From assembly GCF_040218065.1 (NCBI RefSeq), contig NZ_JAVJQE010000013.1:590457-654456 (forward strand): a stretch of 64,000 nt of DNA, in the 5' to 3' direction. The notes beneath the pieces were generated by a model. It saw only the letters and a program-made list of their open reading frames with translations, had not been told where the DNA came from and did no database searches. This document shows positions 45,943-54,952 of this stretch, one piece after another. Both the position numbers and the translations under genes were made by a program. Numbering within the stretch: position 1 is the stretch's first letter; each line of letters starts with the position of its first letter. Source of the stretch: Marivibrio sp. (GTDB lineage: Bacteria; Pseudomonadota; Alphaproteobacteria; UBA8366; Aestuariispiraceae).

Positions 45943-46395
45943 TCAGCCGAAACTCACCAGTTGCATGCCCGTGCAGTCGAGCAGCGGGGCGTAGCGTTCG
46001 TCCGCCTCCGGATCACCGCTCGACGCGACGATCGTAAGCGTCATCTCCTCCCCCTTTGCGGCGGCCGCAAGCGCGGCCGAGGTGATCGTCACCCGCTTGA
46101 AGGCCTTCGTGAGGGGGCTGGACGGGCGGGTGTCGAAGCGGCGACGCTCGGTCTTCGTCTGGCTGCAATGTCCCTCGTCGCCGACGCAGGTGGCGTGCCC
46201 GAAGACCGCGAACTCGCCCGCGAAACTGGGCCGATCGGGCGTCGCCGTCTCGGCCGTGACGTCCGGATCGTTCACGAACACCATCGCAGCGTAGGACGGC
46301 TTGAAGTGATCGACGCCGTAGATCTCCAGGTCGACGCGCTCGGTGTCGGCGGGGCAATGATGCGCGATGGGTCCGATGGTGACGATCTGGGTCAT
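45943..46395 (-). CDS. stand-alone protein resembling the polyphenol-oxidase C-terminal (KFDV-type) shielding domain
   Basis: 150 aa with GGAGG SD, 15 nt downstream of the tyrosinase stop. DLEIYGVDHFKPSYAAMVFVNDPD...SFAGEFAVFGH...KRVTIT...MTLTIVAS parallels plant PPO LVIEGIE..KFDVYVND..EFAGSFV.VPH...VVVTLVP, from memory. Confidence 0.55.
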   Translation of the reverse strand: MTQIVTIGPIAHHCPADTERVDLEIYGVDHFKPSYAAMVFVNDPDVTAETATPDRPSFAGEFAVFGHATCVGDEGHCSQTKTERRRFDTRPSSPLTKAFKRVTITSAALAAAAKGEEMTLTIVASSGDPEADERYAPLLDCTGMQLVSFG

Positions 46396-46410
46396 GATTG
46401 CGAAGCCTCC

Positions 46411-47205
46411 TCAGCTGATCTCGATGGGCGTCGCGCTCAGCGCGTACTCATAGCCCAGATCGTGGACGTCGAACGTGTCCTTCACCGTTTTCGCGAAGGG
46501 CTGCAGCGGCAGGTCGAGCAGTTCCTGCGGGAACTTCGGGTCGCCGTGCTCCAACTGCCAAAGGTACCAGATGCGGTCGATCATGCAGTGGTGGGCGTAG
46601 AAGATCGGATCGAACGCGGCGGTGGCGACGGTCCCCATATCGCCGCCGACCCAGACGTGGACGCGGTCGTGAAAATCCTGCAGCTTGTCTGAGAAGGCGG
46701 CGAAGTCCTTCTCGTTCTTCAACAGATCCGCAATCTCTTGCGAGGTCGCGAGGCGCCCGCGCGGATTCCGGCCTGGCGCCCGGGTCGTCACATGATCGAT
46801 CGCCGGGTTGTCCGCCGTAGCCGGGGCGCGGGCGCGGAAATTGTGCAACGGATTGTGCGCGCCGTCCGAAAGCGTCGGCTGCGCATAGGCGTCCGGCACG
46901 TCCCGTTGGACGGTCCAGTCCCACCAGGGCAACGCGACGCCTGCCATCTGGTCCTGCAGCGCCTGCTCCAGATGCCAGAGATAGGCGCGATGCCACGGCA
47001 GAAACAGCACCGCCCGGCGCGGCGACCAGCTCGCGCGCTGGTGATGCCAGCAGTACCAGCCCGGCGCGCCGTGATAGCCTGCGACGGCGTTGAAGCCGCG
47101 ATTGTCCAGAATGGGCTGAAGTTTGTTCATCCCCTCCACGAACCGTTTCATCGCCGGCGCCGACAGATCGGCGACCCGGGTGCGGTAGACCATGGATCCG
47201 GCCAT
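46411..47205 (-). CDS. tyrosinase / polyphenol oxidase (type-3 copper), short form
   Basis: CuA region YHGAPGWYCWHH...FLPWHRAYL, LPWWDW, and CuB region FHDRVHVWVGG...DPIFYAHHCMIDRIW. ATG at 47205 follows GGAGGG. No signal or Tat motif seen. Confidence 0.88.
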   Translation of the reverse strand: MAGSMVYRTRVADLSAPAMKRFVEGMNKLQPILDNRGFNAVAGYHGAPGWYCWHHQRASWSPRRAVLFLPWHRAYLWHLEQALQDQMAGVALPWWDWTVQRDVPDAYAQPTLSDGAHNPLHNFRARAPATADNPAIDHVTTRAPGRNPRGRLATSQEIADLLKNEKDFAAFSDKLQDFHDRVHVWVGGDMGTVATAAFDPIFYAHHCMIDRIWYLWQLEHGDPKFPQELLDLPLQPFAKTVKDTFDVHDLGYEYALSATPIEIS

Positions 47206-47366
47206 AGAGACTGTCCCTCCCTGAACGATCTGCACGTGTTCCCGAGAAAAGCGTACTTCACTTTATTTGCGATTTAGAGTCGAAAATGCGCAGGCCGGAC
47301 GCCGACGCTTTGCGCCTGGGCGCGGGGTTTGCTCTACTCAGTCAGAACCAGCGACGAGGCGAGGCG

Positions 47367-49409
47367 ATGGCGAGCACCGATCCCCTTCTCCAGCCCTATC
47401 GGCTGAAACATCTCACCTTACGCAACCGGATCATGTCGACGGCGCACGAGCCCGCCTATTCCGAGGACGGCCTTCCGACCGAGCGCTATCGTCTTTATCA
47501 CGTGGAGAAGGCGAAGGGCGGCATTGCGCTGACCATGACCGCGGGCTCGGCCATCGTCTCGCCCGACAGTCCGCCCGCCTTCGGCAACCTGCACGCCTAT
47601 CGCGATGAAATCGTCCCGCATCTCAAGCGCTTGGCGGAAGAATGCCAGGGGCACGGCGCGGCGGTGATGATCCAACTCACCCATCTCGGCCGGCGCACCA
47701 ACTGGAACAAGGCGGACTGGCTGCCGGTCCTCGCCCCCAGCCCGGTGCGCGAGCCGGCCCACCGCGCCTTTCCCAAGACGATGGAGGATTGGGACATCGA
47801 GCGCATCGTCCGCGACTACGCCGCCGCGGCCGAGCGCATGCAGGCGGCCGGCTTGGACGGGATCGAGCTCGAGTGCTACGGCCATCTGATCGACGGCTTC
47901 TGGTCGCCGGCGACCAATTATCGCGAGGACGACTACGGCGGCTCGCTGGACAACCGCCTGCGCTTCGCCAAACGCGTCTTCGCCGCCATCCGCGAGGCGG
48001 TCGGTCCCGACTTCATCGTCGGCGCGCGCCTGGTCGCCGACGAGGATTGGGACAAAGGCCTGTCGCGCGCCGAGGGGGTGGAGATCTGCCGACGGCTGAT
48101 CGCAACCGGTCATGTCGATTTCCTGAACCTGATCCGCGGCCATATCGAAACCGATGCGGCGCTCAGCCGGGTGATCCCGGTGCAGGGCATGCGCTCGGCT
48201 CCGCATCTGGATTTCGCGGGCGAGGTGCGGGCCGAGACGCGCTTCCCCGTCTTTCACGCCGCCCGCATCAACGACGTCGCGACCGCCCGCCATGCGATCG
48301 CGGAAGGCAAGCTCGACATGGTCGGCATGACCCGCGCGCACATCGCCGACCCGCATATTGCAAAGAAGGTGGCCGAAGGACGCGAGGCGCAAATCCGCCC
48401 CTGCGTCGGCGCGACCTACTGCCTCGATCGGATCTATGAGGGCGGCGAGGCCTTGTGCGTCCACAATCCTGCGACCGGCCGCGAGGCGACGATCCCGCAG
48501 GTGATCCCGAAAAGCGACGGCGCGGCCAAGAAGGTGGTCGTCGTCGGGGCCGGCCCTGCGGGCCTCGAAGCCGCACGGGTCGCAGGCGAGCGGGGTCACA
48601 AGGTCACGCTGTTCGAGGCGGCGGACGCGCCCGGCGGCCAGGTTCGCCTGCTGGCCCGCACCAAGCGGCGCAGCGAATTGATCGGCATCGCCGACTGGCG
48701 CGCGGCCGAGTGCGAGCGGCTCGGCGTCGAGATGCGGTTCAACACGCTGGCCGAGGCCCCGGACGTGCTGGCCGAGGCGCCGGACGTGGTGATCGTCGCG
48801 ACCGGCGGCCTGCCGAACACGGACATCCTGCAGAGCGGCTCGGAGCTGGCGGTCAGCAGCTGGGACATCCTCTCCGGCGACGTGAAGCCCGGCGAGCGGG
48901 TGCTGCTCTATGACGACAACGGCCAGCATCCCGGCATGCAGGCGGCCGAGGCGATCGCGGAGAGCGGCGCGGCGCTCGAGATCGTCTCGCCCGAGCGCTT
49001 CTTCGCCCCGGACATGGGCGGCCTCAACCACGTCAAGTACGCCGAATGCTTCGCCGACCACGGCGTGCGCCTCACCATCAACAGCCGGGTCCTGAAGGTG
49101 GAGCGCGCCGGCAACGGCCTGGTCGCGACCATCGGCGGCGACTATTCCAGCCGCACGGAGGAGCGCGAGATCGACCAGCTGGTGGTGGAGCACGGCACTC
49201 TGCCGCTCGACGACCTCTATTTCGACCTGAAGGAAGGCTCGATCAACCGGGGAGAGGTCGACTACCCCGCCTTCACGGCCTTGAAGCCGCAGGAGATCGC
49301 GACCAACCCCGACGGCGCCTATCGCCTCTACCGCATCGGCGACGCGGTCGCGAGCCGCAACATCCACGCCGCAATCTACGAGGCGCTGCGGCTTTGCCTG
49401 CCGCTGTGA
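47367..49409 (+). CDS. NADH:flavin oxidoreductase (OYE-like TIM barrel fused to FAD/NAD(P)-binding domain)
   Basis: Start at MASTDPLLQPYRLKHLTLRNRIMSTAH. IQLTHLGRR, GIELECYGHLIDGFWSP, and VVVVGAGPAGLEAA. Confidence 0.85.
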   Translation: MASTDPLLQPYRLKHLTLRNRIMSTAHEPAYSEDGLPTERYRLYHVEKAKGGIALTMTAGSAIVSPDSPPAFGNLHAYRDEIVPHLKRLAEECQGHGAAVMIQLTHLGRRTNWNKADWLPVLAPSPVREPAHRAFPKTMEDWDIERIVRDYAAAAERMQAAGLDGIELECYGHLIDGFWSPATNYREDDYGGSLDNRLRFAKRVFAAIREAVGPDFIVGARLVADEDWDKGLSRAEGVEICRRLIATGHVDFLNLIRGHIETDAALSRVIPVQGMRSAPHLDFAGEVRAETRFPVFHAARINDVATARHAIAEGKLDMVGMTRAHIADPHIAKKVAEGREAQIRPCVGATYCLDRIYEGGEALCVHNPATGREATIPQVIPKSDGAAKKVVVVGAGPAGLEAARVAGERGHKVTLFEAADAPGGQVRLLARTKRRSELIGIADWRAAECERLGVEMRFNTLAEAPDVLAEAPDVVIVATGGLPNTDILQSGSELAVSSWDILSGDVKPGERVLLYDDNGQHPGMQAAEAIAESGAALEIVSPERFFAPDMGGLNHVKYAECFADHGVRLTINSRVLKVERAGNGLVATIGGDYSSRTEEREIDQLVVEHGTLPLDDLYFDLKEGSINRGEVDYPAFTALKPQEIATNPDGAYRLYRIGDAVASRNIHAAIYEALRLCLPL

Positions 49410-49981
49410 CGGACGGAAGCGACAGGCGCCTCCGGCGGCTGAAGCCGCTTGACGCCGGCGCCCTCGCCCGGCTGCTCGACCGCGAAGGCGCGCCGCGGGA
49501 TGCGGTCAGCCGCGGCGAGACGCGGGCCGTCCCGCTGGCCGACGCCGTCAGCGCCGCCAGGCTGGAGGAGGCGGCCGCGGAGCTCGACGCGCTCTCCTCC
49601 GGCGGCGTGATCGACTGGCGGCGCTTCGACGTGACGCGCTTCGCGGCCCTCATGCCCTCGCTCGCCTATCTCGACCGGATGGAGGGTGAGGACGGCGCGC
49701 CGGATTTCGTCTACCGCTTCGTCGGCGAGACGATTCAGCAGGTCGCCCGGCGCACCCTGCGCGGCGCGCGGATCAGCGACATTCTGGTGGGCGAGGCCCG
49801 CCGGTCGATCCTGGACGAGTACGCCGCCTGCCTGGACCAGCGCCGTCCGCGCGCCAGCATCGGGCGCGTCGTCGTCTCCGACATGACGTGGCTGCGTTAC
49901 CTGCGCCTGCTGTATCCCGCGGCGACGGACGGGACGACGCCGGACCGGCTCCTACTGATCATGCTGTTCGCGGAAGGGTAA
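49406..49981 (+). CDS. PAS_5 (DUF1457)-like domain protein
   Basis: FVYRFVGETIQQVARRTLRGARISDIL ... YLRLLYPAATDG pattern of the alphaproteobacterial PAS_5 family. GTG start overlapping the upstream stop is inferred, and the start is uncertain. Confidence 0.55.
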   Translation: MTDGSDRRLRRLKPLDAGALARLLDREGAPRDAVSRGETRAVPLADAVSAARLEEAAAELDALSSGGVIDWRRFDVTRFAALMPSLAYLDRMEGEDGAPDFVYRFVGETIQQVARRTLRGARISDILVGEARRSILDEYAACLDQRRPRASIGRVVVSDMTWLRYLRLLYPAATDGTTPDRLLLIMLFAEG

Positions 49982-49990
49982 GCCTCCGCC

Positions 49991-50791
49991 TCAGGCGTCG
50001 TACCAATACTCGTCCGGATCGCCTGGGAAGACGCCCAGCATGGTCCCGTGCGCCTGATAGCCCATGAGGCGGCGGATGTTCTCGGGATAGCTGTCGGCGA
50101 TCTCGCGCGGGACGGTGAGGTACTGGTTCTCCTCCTGGCGCAGCCAGCCGAGGCTGTAGGTGTTGATCAGGCCCGAGCGCGGCTTGTTCGAGTTGTTGGC
50201 GCCGCCGCCATGGACCGTCGCGCCCAGATAGAACAGCACCGAGCCCCGCGGCATCACCGCCTGGACGACGTCGCTTTCCGGGATCGTCTCCATCGGGCGC
50301 AGATCCTGGCTGCCGAGCACCACGCGGGTGGCCCCGTTCTCTTCCGTGAAGTCGTCGAGCGCCCACATCGCCGAGATCTGAAACTCCACCCCCGGAATGC
50401 GGTAGGGATAGAAGCTGTCGTCCCGGTGCAGCACCTGATGGCCTTCGCCCGGCGCGATCTCGATCGCGGTGGTGCTGCCTATGCGGTAGTTTTCGCAGTG
50501 CGGCCCCAGCACCGCGTCCGCCATCGCCATCACCCGGCGATGACCGATCAGATCGGCCGAGGCGCGCGAATACTGCAGCACGCCGCCAAGGCGCAGCGTC
50601 TTGTAGCCGTTGAAATCGTTTGCGAATTTCGGCCCCTCCTCCTCGAAGGGGGCGCGGAAATCGGCTTGGACCTGGTCCAGCAGATCGGCCGGCGCCTCGG
50701 CCTCGATGATGGCCGCGCCGGCGTTTTGCAGCGCTTCGGCCACAATCTCGTCCGCCGCGTCGGGGCTGAAGTAGGGCATGGTCTGGGTCAT
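49991..50791 (-). CDS. phytanoyl-CoA dioxygenase (PhyH)-family Fe(II)/2OG oxygenase
   Basis: HRDDSFYP (HxD) ... VHGGGANNS. Start at MTQTMPYF (ATG 50791), with an alternative ATG at 50779. Confidence 0.8.
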   Translation of the reverse strand: MTQTMPYFSPDAADEIVAEALQNAGAAIIEAEAPADLLDQVQADFRAPFEEEGPKFANDFNGYKTLRLGGVLQYSRASADLIGHRRVMAMADAVLGPHCENYRIGSTTAIEIAPGEGHQVLHRDDSFYPYRIPGVEFQISAMWALDDFTEENGATRVVLGSQDLRPMETIPESDVVQAVMPRGSVLFYLGATVHGGGANNSNKPRSGLINTYSLGWLRQEENQYLTVPREIADSYPENIRRLMGYQAHGTMLGVFPGDPDEYWYDA

Positions 50792-50882
50792 GGCTGAATC
50801 TCTATTCACTGAACGTATGTTCAATGAAATAGCGGATTACGCCGAACTTTGCAAGGCGCCGGCGCGGGACGGAGCCCCGTCC

Positions 50883-51791
50883 CTACGGGCTCGCCTGCGG
50901 ATGCACGGCCAATCCCCGGCCCGCCGCCTCCGCGCCGAGCATCGCGACCTTGCGCGGCAACCCCCAGCGATAGCCGCCCAGCATGCCCGATTGCCGGATC
51001 ACCCGGTGACAGGGGATCAACCAGCTGACCGGATTGGCGCCGACGGCGGTCCCCACCGCGCGCGCCGCGCCCGGCTTCATGCCGAGCGTCTCGGCAAGCC
51101 GTCCGTATGTGGTGAGGCCGGCGGGGGGCAGGCGCATCAGGGCCTCCCACACCTTCACCTGAAAGGGCGTGCCCTTCAGCAGCAGGCGAACCCGCGCGCC
51201 GTCGCCGTCGGCCGAAAAGATCCGGTCGAGCGTGGGGCGCACGGCGGCGGCGTCCTCCACCAGGCGCGCTTTAGGCCAGCGAGCGACCATATCCTCGAAG
51301 CACGCCTCCCGCCCGCGGGAATCGAGGAAGGCCACACCGCAGACGCCGCGCGCCGTCTCCATCAGCAGGGTCTCGCCGAACTGCGTCTCGGCCCATCCCC
51401 AGCGGATCGTCAACCCGTCGGCCAGACGCTTGTAGTCGCCCGGCGTCATGGCTTCGTAGGCGACGAACAGGTCGTGCAGCCGGCCCGGGCCGGACAGACC
51501 CGCCTCGAAGGCCGCGTCGAGCACGCTGTCGCGGGCGTCGAGCGCGGCCTTGGCCCGCTCTAACGTGACGAGCCCCATGAATTTCTTTGGGCTGAGGCCG
51601 ACCCACCGGTGAAAGACGCGGCTGAAATGATGCTCAGACAGGCCGGCGCGCGCGGCGAGTTCGCCGAGGCTCGGCTGACGCTCGCCCCAGGTCTCGGCGA
51701 TGAAGGAGAGCGCGTCGCCGATGAGGGCGTAGTGCGCGTGATCCTCCGACGTTTCGGGCCGGGCGGGGGCGTCGATCAGGCGATCGCTCAT
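50883..51791 (-). CDS. AraC-type HTH fused to methylated-DNA-[protein]-cysteine S-methyltransferase
   Basis: LSEHHFSRVFHRWVGLSPKKF (AraC HTH). TPFQVKVWEAL and PCHRV active site. Start at MSDRLIDAP. Confidence 0.85.
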   Translation of the reverse strand: MSDRLIDAPARPETSEDHAHYALIGDALSFIAETWGERQPSLGELAARAGLSEHHFSRVFHRWVGLSPKKFMGLVTLERAKAALDARDSVLDAAFEAGLSGPGRLHDLFVAYEAMTPGDYKRLADGLTIRWGWAETQFGETLLMETARGVCGVAFLDSRGREACFEDMVARWPKARLVEDAAAVRPTLDRIFSADGDGARVRLLLKGTPFQVKVWEALMRLPPAGLTTYGRLAETLGMKPGAARAVGTAVGANPVSWLIPCHRVIRQSGMLGGYRWGLPRKVAMLGAEAAGRGLAVHPQASP

Positions 51792-51931
51792 GGCGGCAGG
51801 GTCCTTCCTATCGAGGTGACGCGCTAGAGATACGCTCGCCGCCGCCGCCTCGCCACCCGGTTCTTGCGGCGGTCCGTCCGGTCTTCCCAGCGCCGAGTGC
51901 GCGCGCGGAACGCTCGCGCCGAACCGGCCCG

Positions 51932-52435
51932 TCACAGATCCAGGCGATAGAAATCCACGCCCTCCGGCGCGCCGTCGTAATAGCGCTGATAGCGTCGGAA
52001 ACCGAGACCGCGGTAGAGCCCGATCGCACGCTCCATCCGCCCGCCGACCGTATCCAGCAGGAGCCGATCGAGGCCGCCGGTCCGCGCGCGCTCAATCGTC
52101 GCCTCGATCAACTTGGTGCCCAGCGAATGACCGCGGAAGTGAGGCCGCACGTAAAGACGTTTGATCTCGCCCGCCTCCGCCCCGTCGTTCACGTCGACCA
52201 CCGGGCGCAGCGCGACGCAGCCCGCGATCGCGCCGTCGACCCGCGCGATCCAAAGGCCGCCCTTCGGGGGCGTATATGGACCCGGCAGCCCCTCCAGCTC
52301 GCGGTCGAAAGCCTCAAAGCACACGTCGTACTCCAACGCTTCGGCGTATTCGACGAAGAGCGTCTTGAGAAAAATCAGGCCGTCGCCGCCCTCAACCGGC
52401 GTGATCTCGACCGTCGCGGCGTCCTGATCGCTCAT
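51932..52435 (-). CDS. GNAT-family N-acetyltransferase
   Basis: RLYVRPHFRGHSLGTKLIEATI acetyl-CoA binding motif (R/Q-x-x-G-x-G/A). Confidence 0.85.
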   Translation of the reverse strand: MSDQDAATVEITPVEGGDGLIFLKTLFVEYAEALEYDVCFEAFDRELEGLPGPYTPPKGGLWIARVDGAIAGCVALRPVVDVNDGAEAGEIKRLYVRPHFRGHSLGTKLIEATIERARTGGLDRLLLDTVGGRMERAIGLYRGLGFRRYQRYYDGAPEGVDFYRLDL

Positions 52436-52523
52436 GACCCCAAGGCTCCTCGGCGAAGGCTGATGCGCGAATGAACCTTATCCTCTCCGATTCTCGTCGG
52501 CGCGGCCAGCGGCCGGGGCCGGC

Positions 52524-53327
52524 TCAGATCGAGATCTCACCGTGCAGATACCATTGCACCGCGCCTTCGATGCGCACCCGATCGCCCTCGACCGTGCAGG
52601 TCAGATCGCCGCCGCGGGCCGAGAGCTGACGGCAGTGGAGCCGACTCTCGCCGAGCCGCTGGGACCAGTAAGGGGCCACGGTGCAATGCGCAGAGCCCGT
52701 CACCGGGTCTTCATCGATCCCGGCGTGCGGGGCGAAGTAGCGGGAGGCGACATGGCACTGATCGCCCGGGGCCGTCACGATCAAGCCGTCGCCGGCGACC
52801 TTGGCCAACGCGCGGAAATCGGGCGAGACGGCCCGCACCGCCGCCTCGTCCGACAGCACGGCCATGTTCATCACGGCCTTCAGGAAGGCCGTCGGCTGCA
52901 CGCCGCCGAGAATGTCGACCAGGTCCGGGGGCGGCTCCGCCGGGCGCGGCGGCTCCGCCGGGAAGTTCAGCGCATAACGCCCGGCCTCCACCCGTTCGAC
53001 CTCCAGCAGGCCGCTCTTGCTCTTGAAGCGGATCGCCGCCCCCTCGAAGCCCGTCCTCTCGAAGAGCACGGCGGCCGTCGCAAGGGTCGCATGGCCGCAG
53101 AGCCGGACCTCGACAGTCGGGGTGAACCAGCGAATGTGGAAGTCATGGTCGGGATCGTCCGGCGTGGGCGCGACGAAGGCGGTCTCCGCCAGATTGTTCT
53201 CCAGCGCGATCGACTGCATCGCCTCGTCGGCCAGCCACGCGTCCAGCGGCACGACAGCGGCGGGATTGCCGGTAAACGGCGCCTCCGCGAAGGCGTCCAA
53301 CTGGTAGATCGGCAGGGTCAGGCTCAT
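52524..53327 (-). CDS. PhzF-family isomerase
   Basis: YQLDAFAEAPFTGNPAAVV, ETAFV, RWFTP..EVRLCGHATLA and PVTGSAH. Confidence 0.88.
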   Translation of the reverse strand: MSLTLPIYQLDAFAEAPFTGNPAAVVPLDAWLADEAMQSIALENNLAETAFVAPTPDDPDHDFHIRWFTPTVEVRLCGHATLATAAVLFERTGFEGAAIRFKSKSGLLEVERVEAGRYALNFPAEPPRPAEPPPDLVDILGGVQPTAFLKAVMNMAVLSDEAAVRAVSPDFRALAKVAGDGLIVTAPGDQCHVASRYFAPHAGIDEDPVTGSAHCTVAPYWSQRLGESRLHCRQLSARGGDLTCTVEGDRVRIEGAVQWYLHGEISI

Positions 53328-54313
53328 ATCTCGCTCTCCTCATGCGCGTCCGGTTCGAGCAACGCCTCGACGAAGAGCGCCCGATCGATGTTGCCGCCGG
53401 TCAGGATCACGCCGGCCTTGCGGCCCTGCAGGCGCGCGCGCTCCTGCATCAAGGCCGCCAGCGGCGCGGCCCCCGCGCCTTCGGCGACGGTGTGGCAGTC
53501 GTGATAGTAGGCGCGCATCGCCGCCCGGATTTCGGCGTCGGACACCGCGAGGATTCGCGCGGCGCCGGCCTGGATGATTTCGAACGCCTCGGGCACGGGC
53601 GTGCGGCAGGCCATGCCGTCCGCCATCGTCTCGGCGCTGTTCGTGGAGACCGGCCGGCACTGTTCGACGCTCAGTTTGTACATCGGCGCCCCCTCGGCGA
53701 CGACTCCCACCACCTCGGTCTTGAGGCCGAGCGCGTCGCGCGCCGAGATCACCCCGCATATCCCGGAGCCGAGGCCGATCGGCACATAGACCGTCTCCAG
53801 ATCGGGATGCGCGCCGAACAGCTCCATCGCGTAGCTGCCCACGCCCTGCATCAACAGGGGATGGAAGCTCGGCAGCATCATCAGCCCGTCTTCGGCCGCC
53901 CGCGCCTGGGCGTACTCCACCGCCTCCTGGAAATCCGCGCCGTGGACGATGAGCTCCGCCCCCTGCGCGCGCATCGCCGCGTTCTTCTCGCGGCTGTTGC
54001 CTTCGGGCACGACGACGACGGCGCGGACGCCTAGCGCCTTGGCTGCGGTCGCGATCGATTGGCCGTGATTGCCGCGTGTCGCGGTGATGACGCCGGCGCT
54101 CGTCCCGCAGCGCGCCGCGTGATCGCGCATATAGACCAGCCCGCCGCGGATCTTGAAGGCGCCGACCGGTGTGTGGTTCTCATGTTTGACGACGACGTCG
54201 ACGCCGGTGCGCGCGGCCAGCAGCGGCCAACGATAGGCCGGCGTGGGGTCGAAATGCCCGTGCACCAGCGCCATCGCGGCTTCCAGCTCGGCGCGGGTTG
54301 CGGTGTGGGCCAT
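53324..54313 (-). CDS. threonine/serine dehydratase (PLP fold type II)
   Basis: KHENHTPVGAFKIRGG PLP-Lys motif and GLGSGICG. ATG at 54313 follows GGGAGGA. Its stop overlaps the PhzF ATG. Confidence 0.88.
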   Translation of the reverse strand: MAHTATRAELEAAMALVHGHFDPTPAYRWPLLAARTGVDVVVKHENHTPVGAFKIRGGLVYMRDHAARCGTSAGVITATRGNHGQSIATAAKALGVRAVVVVPEGNSREKNAAMRAQGAELIVHGADFQEAVEYAQARAAEDGLMMLPSFHPLLMQGVGSYAMELFGAHPDLETVYVPIGLGSGICGVISARDALGLKTEVVGVVAEGAPMYKLSVEQCRPVSTNSAETMADGMACRTPVPEAFEIIQAGAARILAVSDAEIRAAMRAYYHDCHTVAEGAGAAPLAALMQERARLQGRKAGVILTGGNIDRALFVEALLEPDAHEESEI

Positions 54314-54368
54314 GGGATCCTCCCGTCTCGACATCAGGGTCACGCGCGACTGTGCCGTGCGCTGTGTC

Positions 54369-54426
54369 GAAAAGAAAGGGGCGGCCCCGACGTCGTCCGC
54401 GCTGTTAGCACGCCGGGGCCGCCCCT
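54369..54426 (-). terminator. hairpin terminator downstream of the DUF1127 gene
   Basis: AGGGGCGGCCCC (54377-88) pairs with GGGGCCGCCCCT (54415-26), followed on the minus strand by TTTCTTTTC. The loop is long (26 nt). Confidence 0.45.
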
Positions 54427-54548
54427 ACGCCCGCCCTTCCGGCCGGGGTTCCAGCGCCGGGCGAGCGGGGGTAAGGCGCTCGTCCGGCGGCGGCTCTGAA
54501 GAGCCCGGTCGACGCCCTTTGGGAGGCGCGCCGGCCGGGCCGGGGGCT

Positions 54549-54830
54549 TCAGGGACGCCAGAAGGGCTTGGCGATCTCGCTTTCGATCTCCGCCCGGCTC
54601 ACCCCGATATCGCGCAACAGGCGCGCATCGAGCTCGCGAATATGGCTGCGGCTTTCCGCCCGCTCCTGCCAGCGGCGCAGCGCCGCCCACAGCATGGCGA
54701 TCCAACCGACCGGCTGACGCGACCCGCGGAGCGCCGCGCGCTGCGCTGCGATCGACCCGGAGCGATCCGATCCCGCCAAAAACGCGGCCTGCGACCCGAA
54801 CGATCCGGGCTTTGTCTTGATTGTAGGCAT
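54549..54830 (-). CDS. DUF1127 domain protein (long form, 93 aa)
   Basis: C-terminal RRWQERAESRSHIRELDARLLRDIGVSRAEIESE is the DUF1127 signature. Confidence 0.75.
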   Translation of the reverse strand: MPTIKTKPGSFGSQAAFLAGSDRSGSIAAQRAALRGSRQPVGWIAMLWAALRRWQERAESRSHIRELDARLLRDIGVSRAEIESEIAKPFWRP

Positions 54831-54914
54831 ACAATCTTTCCTTATACCCAGATTGAGACCCGATTGTCTCGAACCAATGTATAAATCTCTTGTTCAGGCG
54901 GTTTCAATTGATAC

Positions 54915-54931
54915 ATTGTCACCATGACAAT
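54915..54931. promoter_or_regulatory. palindrome ATTGTCA-cca-TGACAAT in the DUF1127 / MocR divergent region
   Basis: Read directly from the sequence. AT-rich intergenic region with further ATTGT/ACAAT copies. About 22 nt upstream of the MocR-like ATG. Confidence 0.4.
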
Positions 54932-54952
54932 TTTTCCGAAAAAGGGCTTCGC

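Noticed and set aside
50883-51935. 350-aa version of the AraC/MGMT protein overlapping the GNAT gene end
   Set aside because: The N-terminal 48 aa of the long ORF are junk-like. The ATG at 51791 (MSDRLIDAP) gives a clean AraC-HTH start and removes the overlap.
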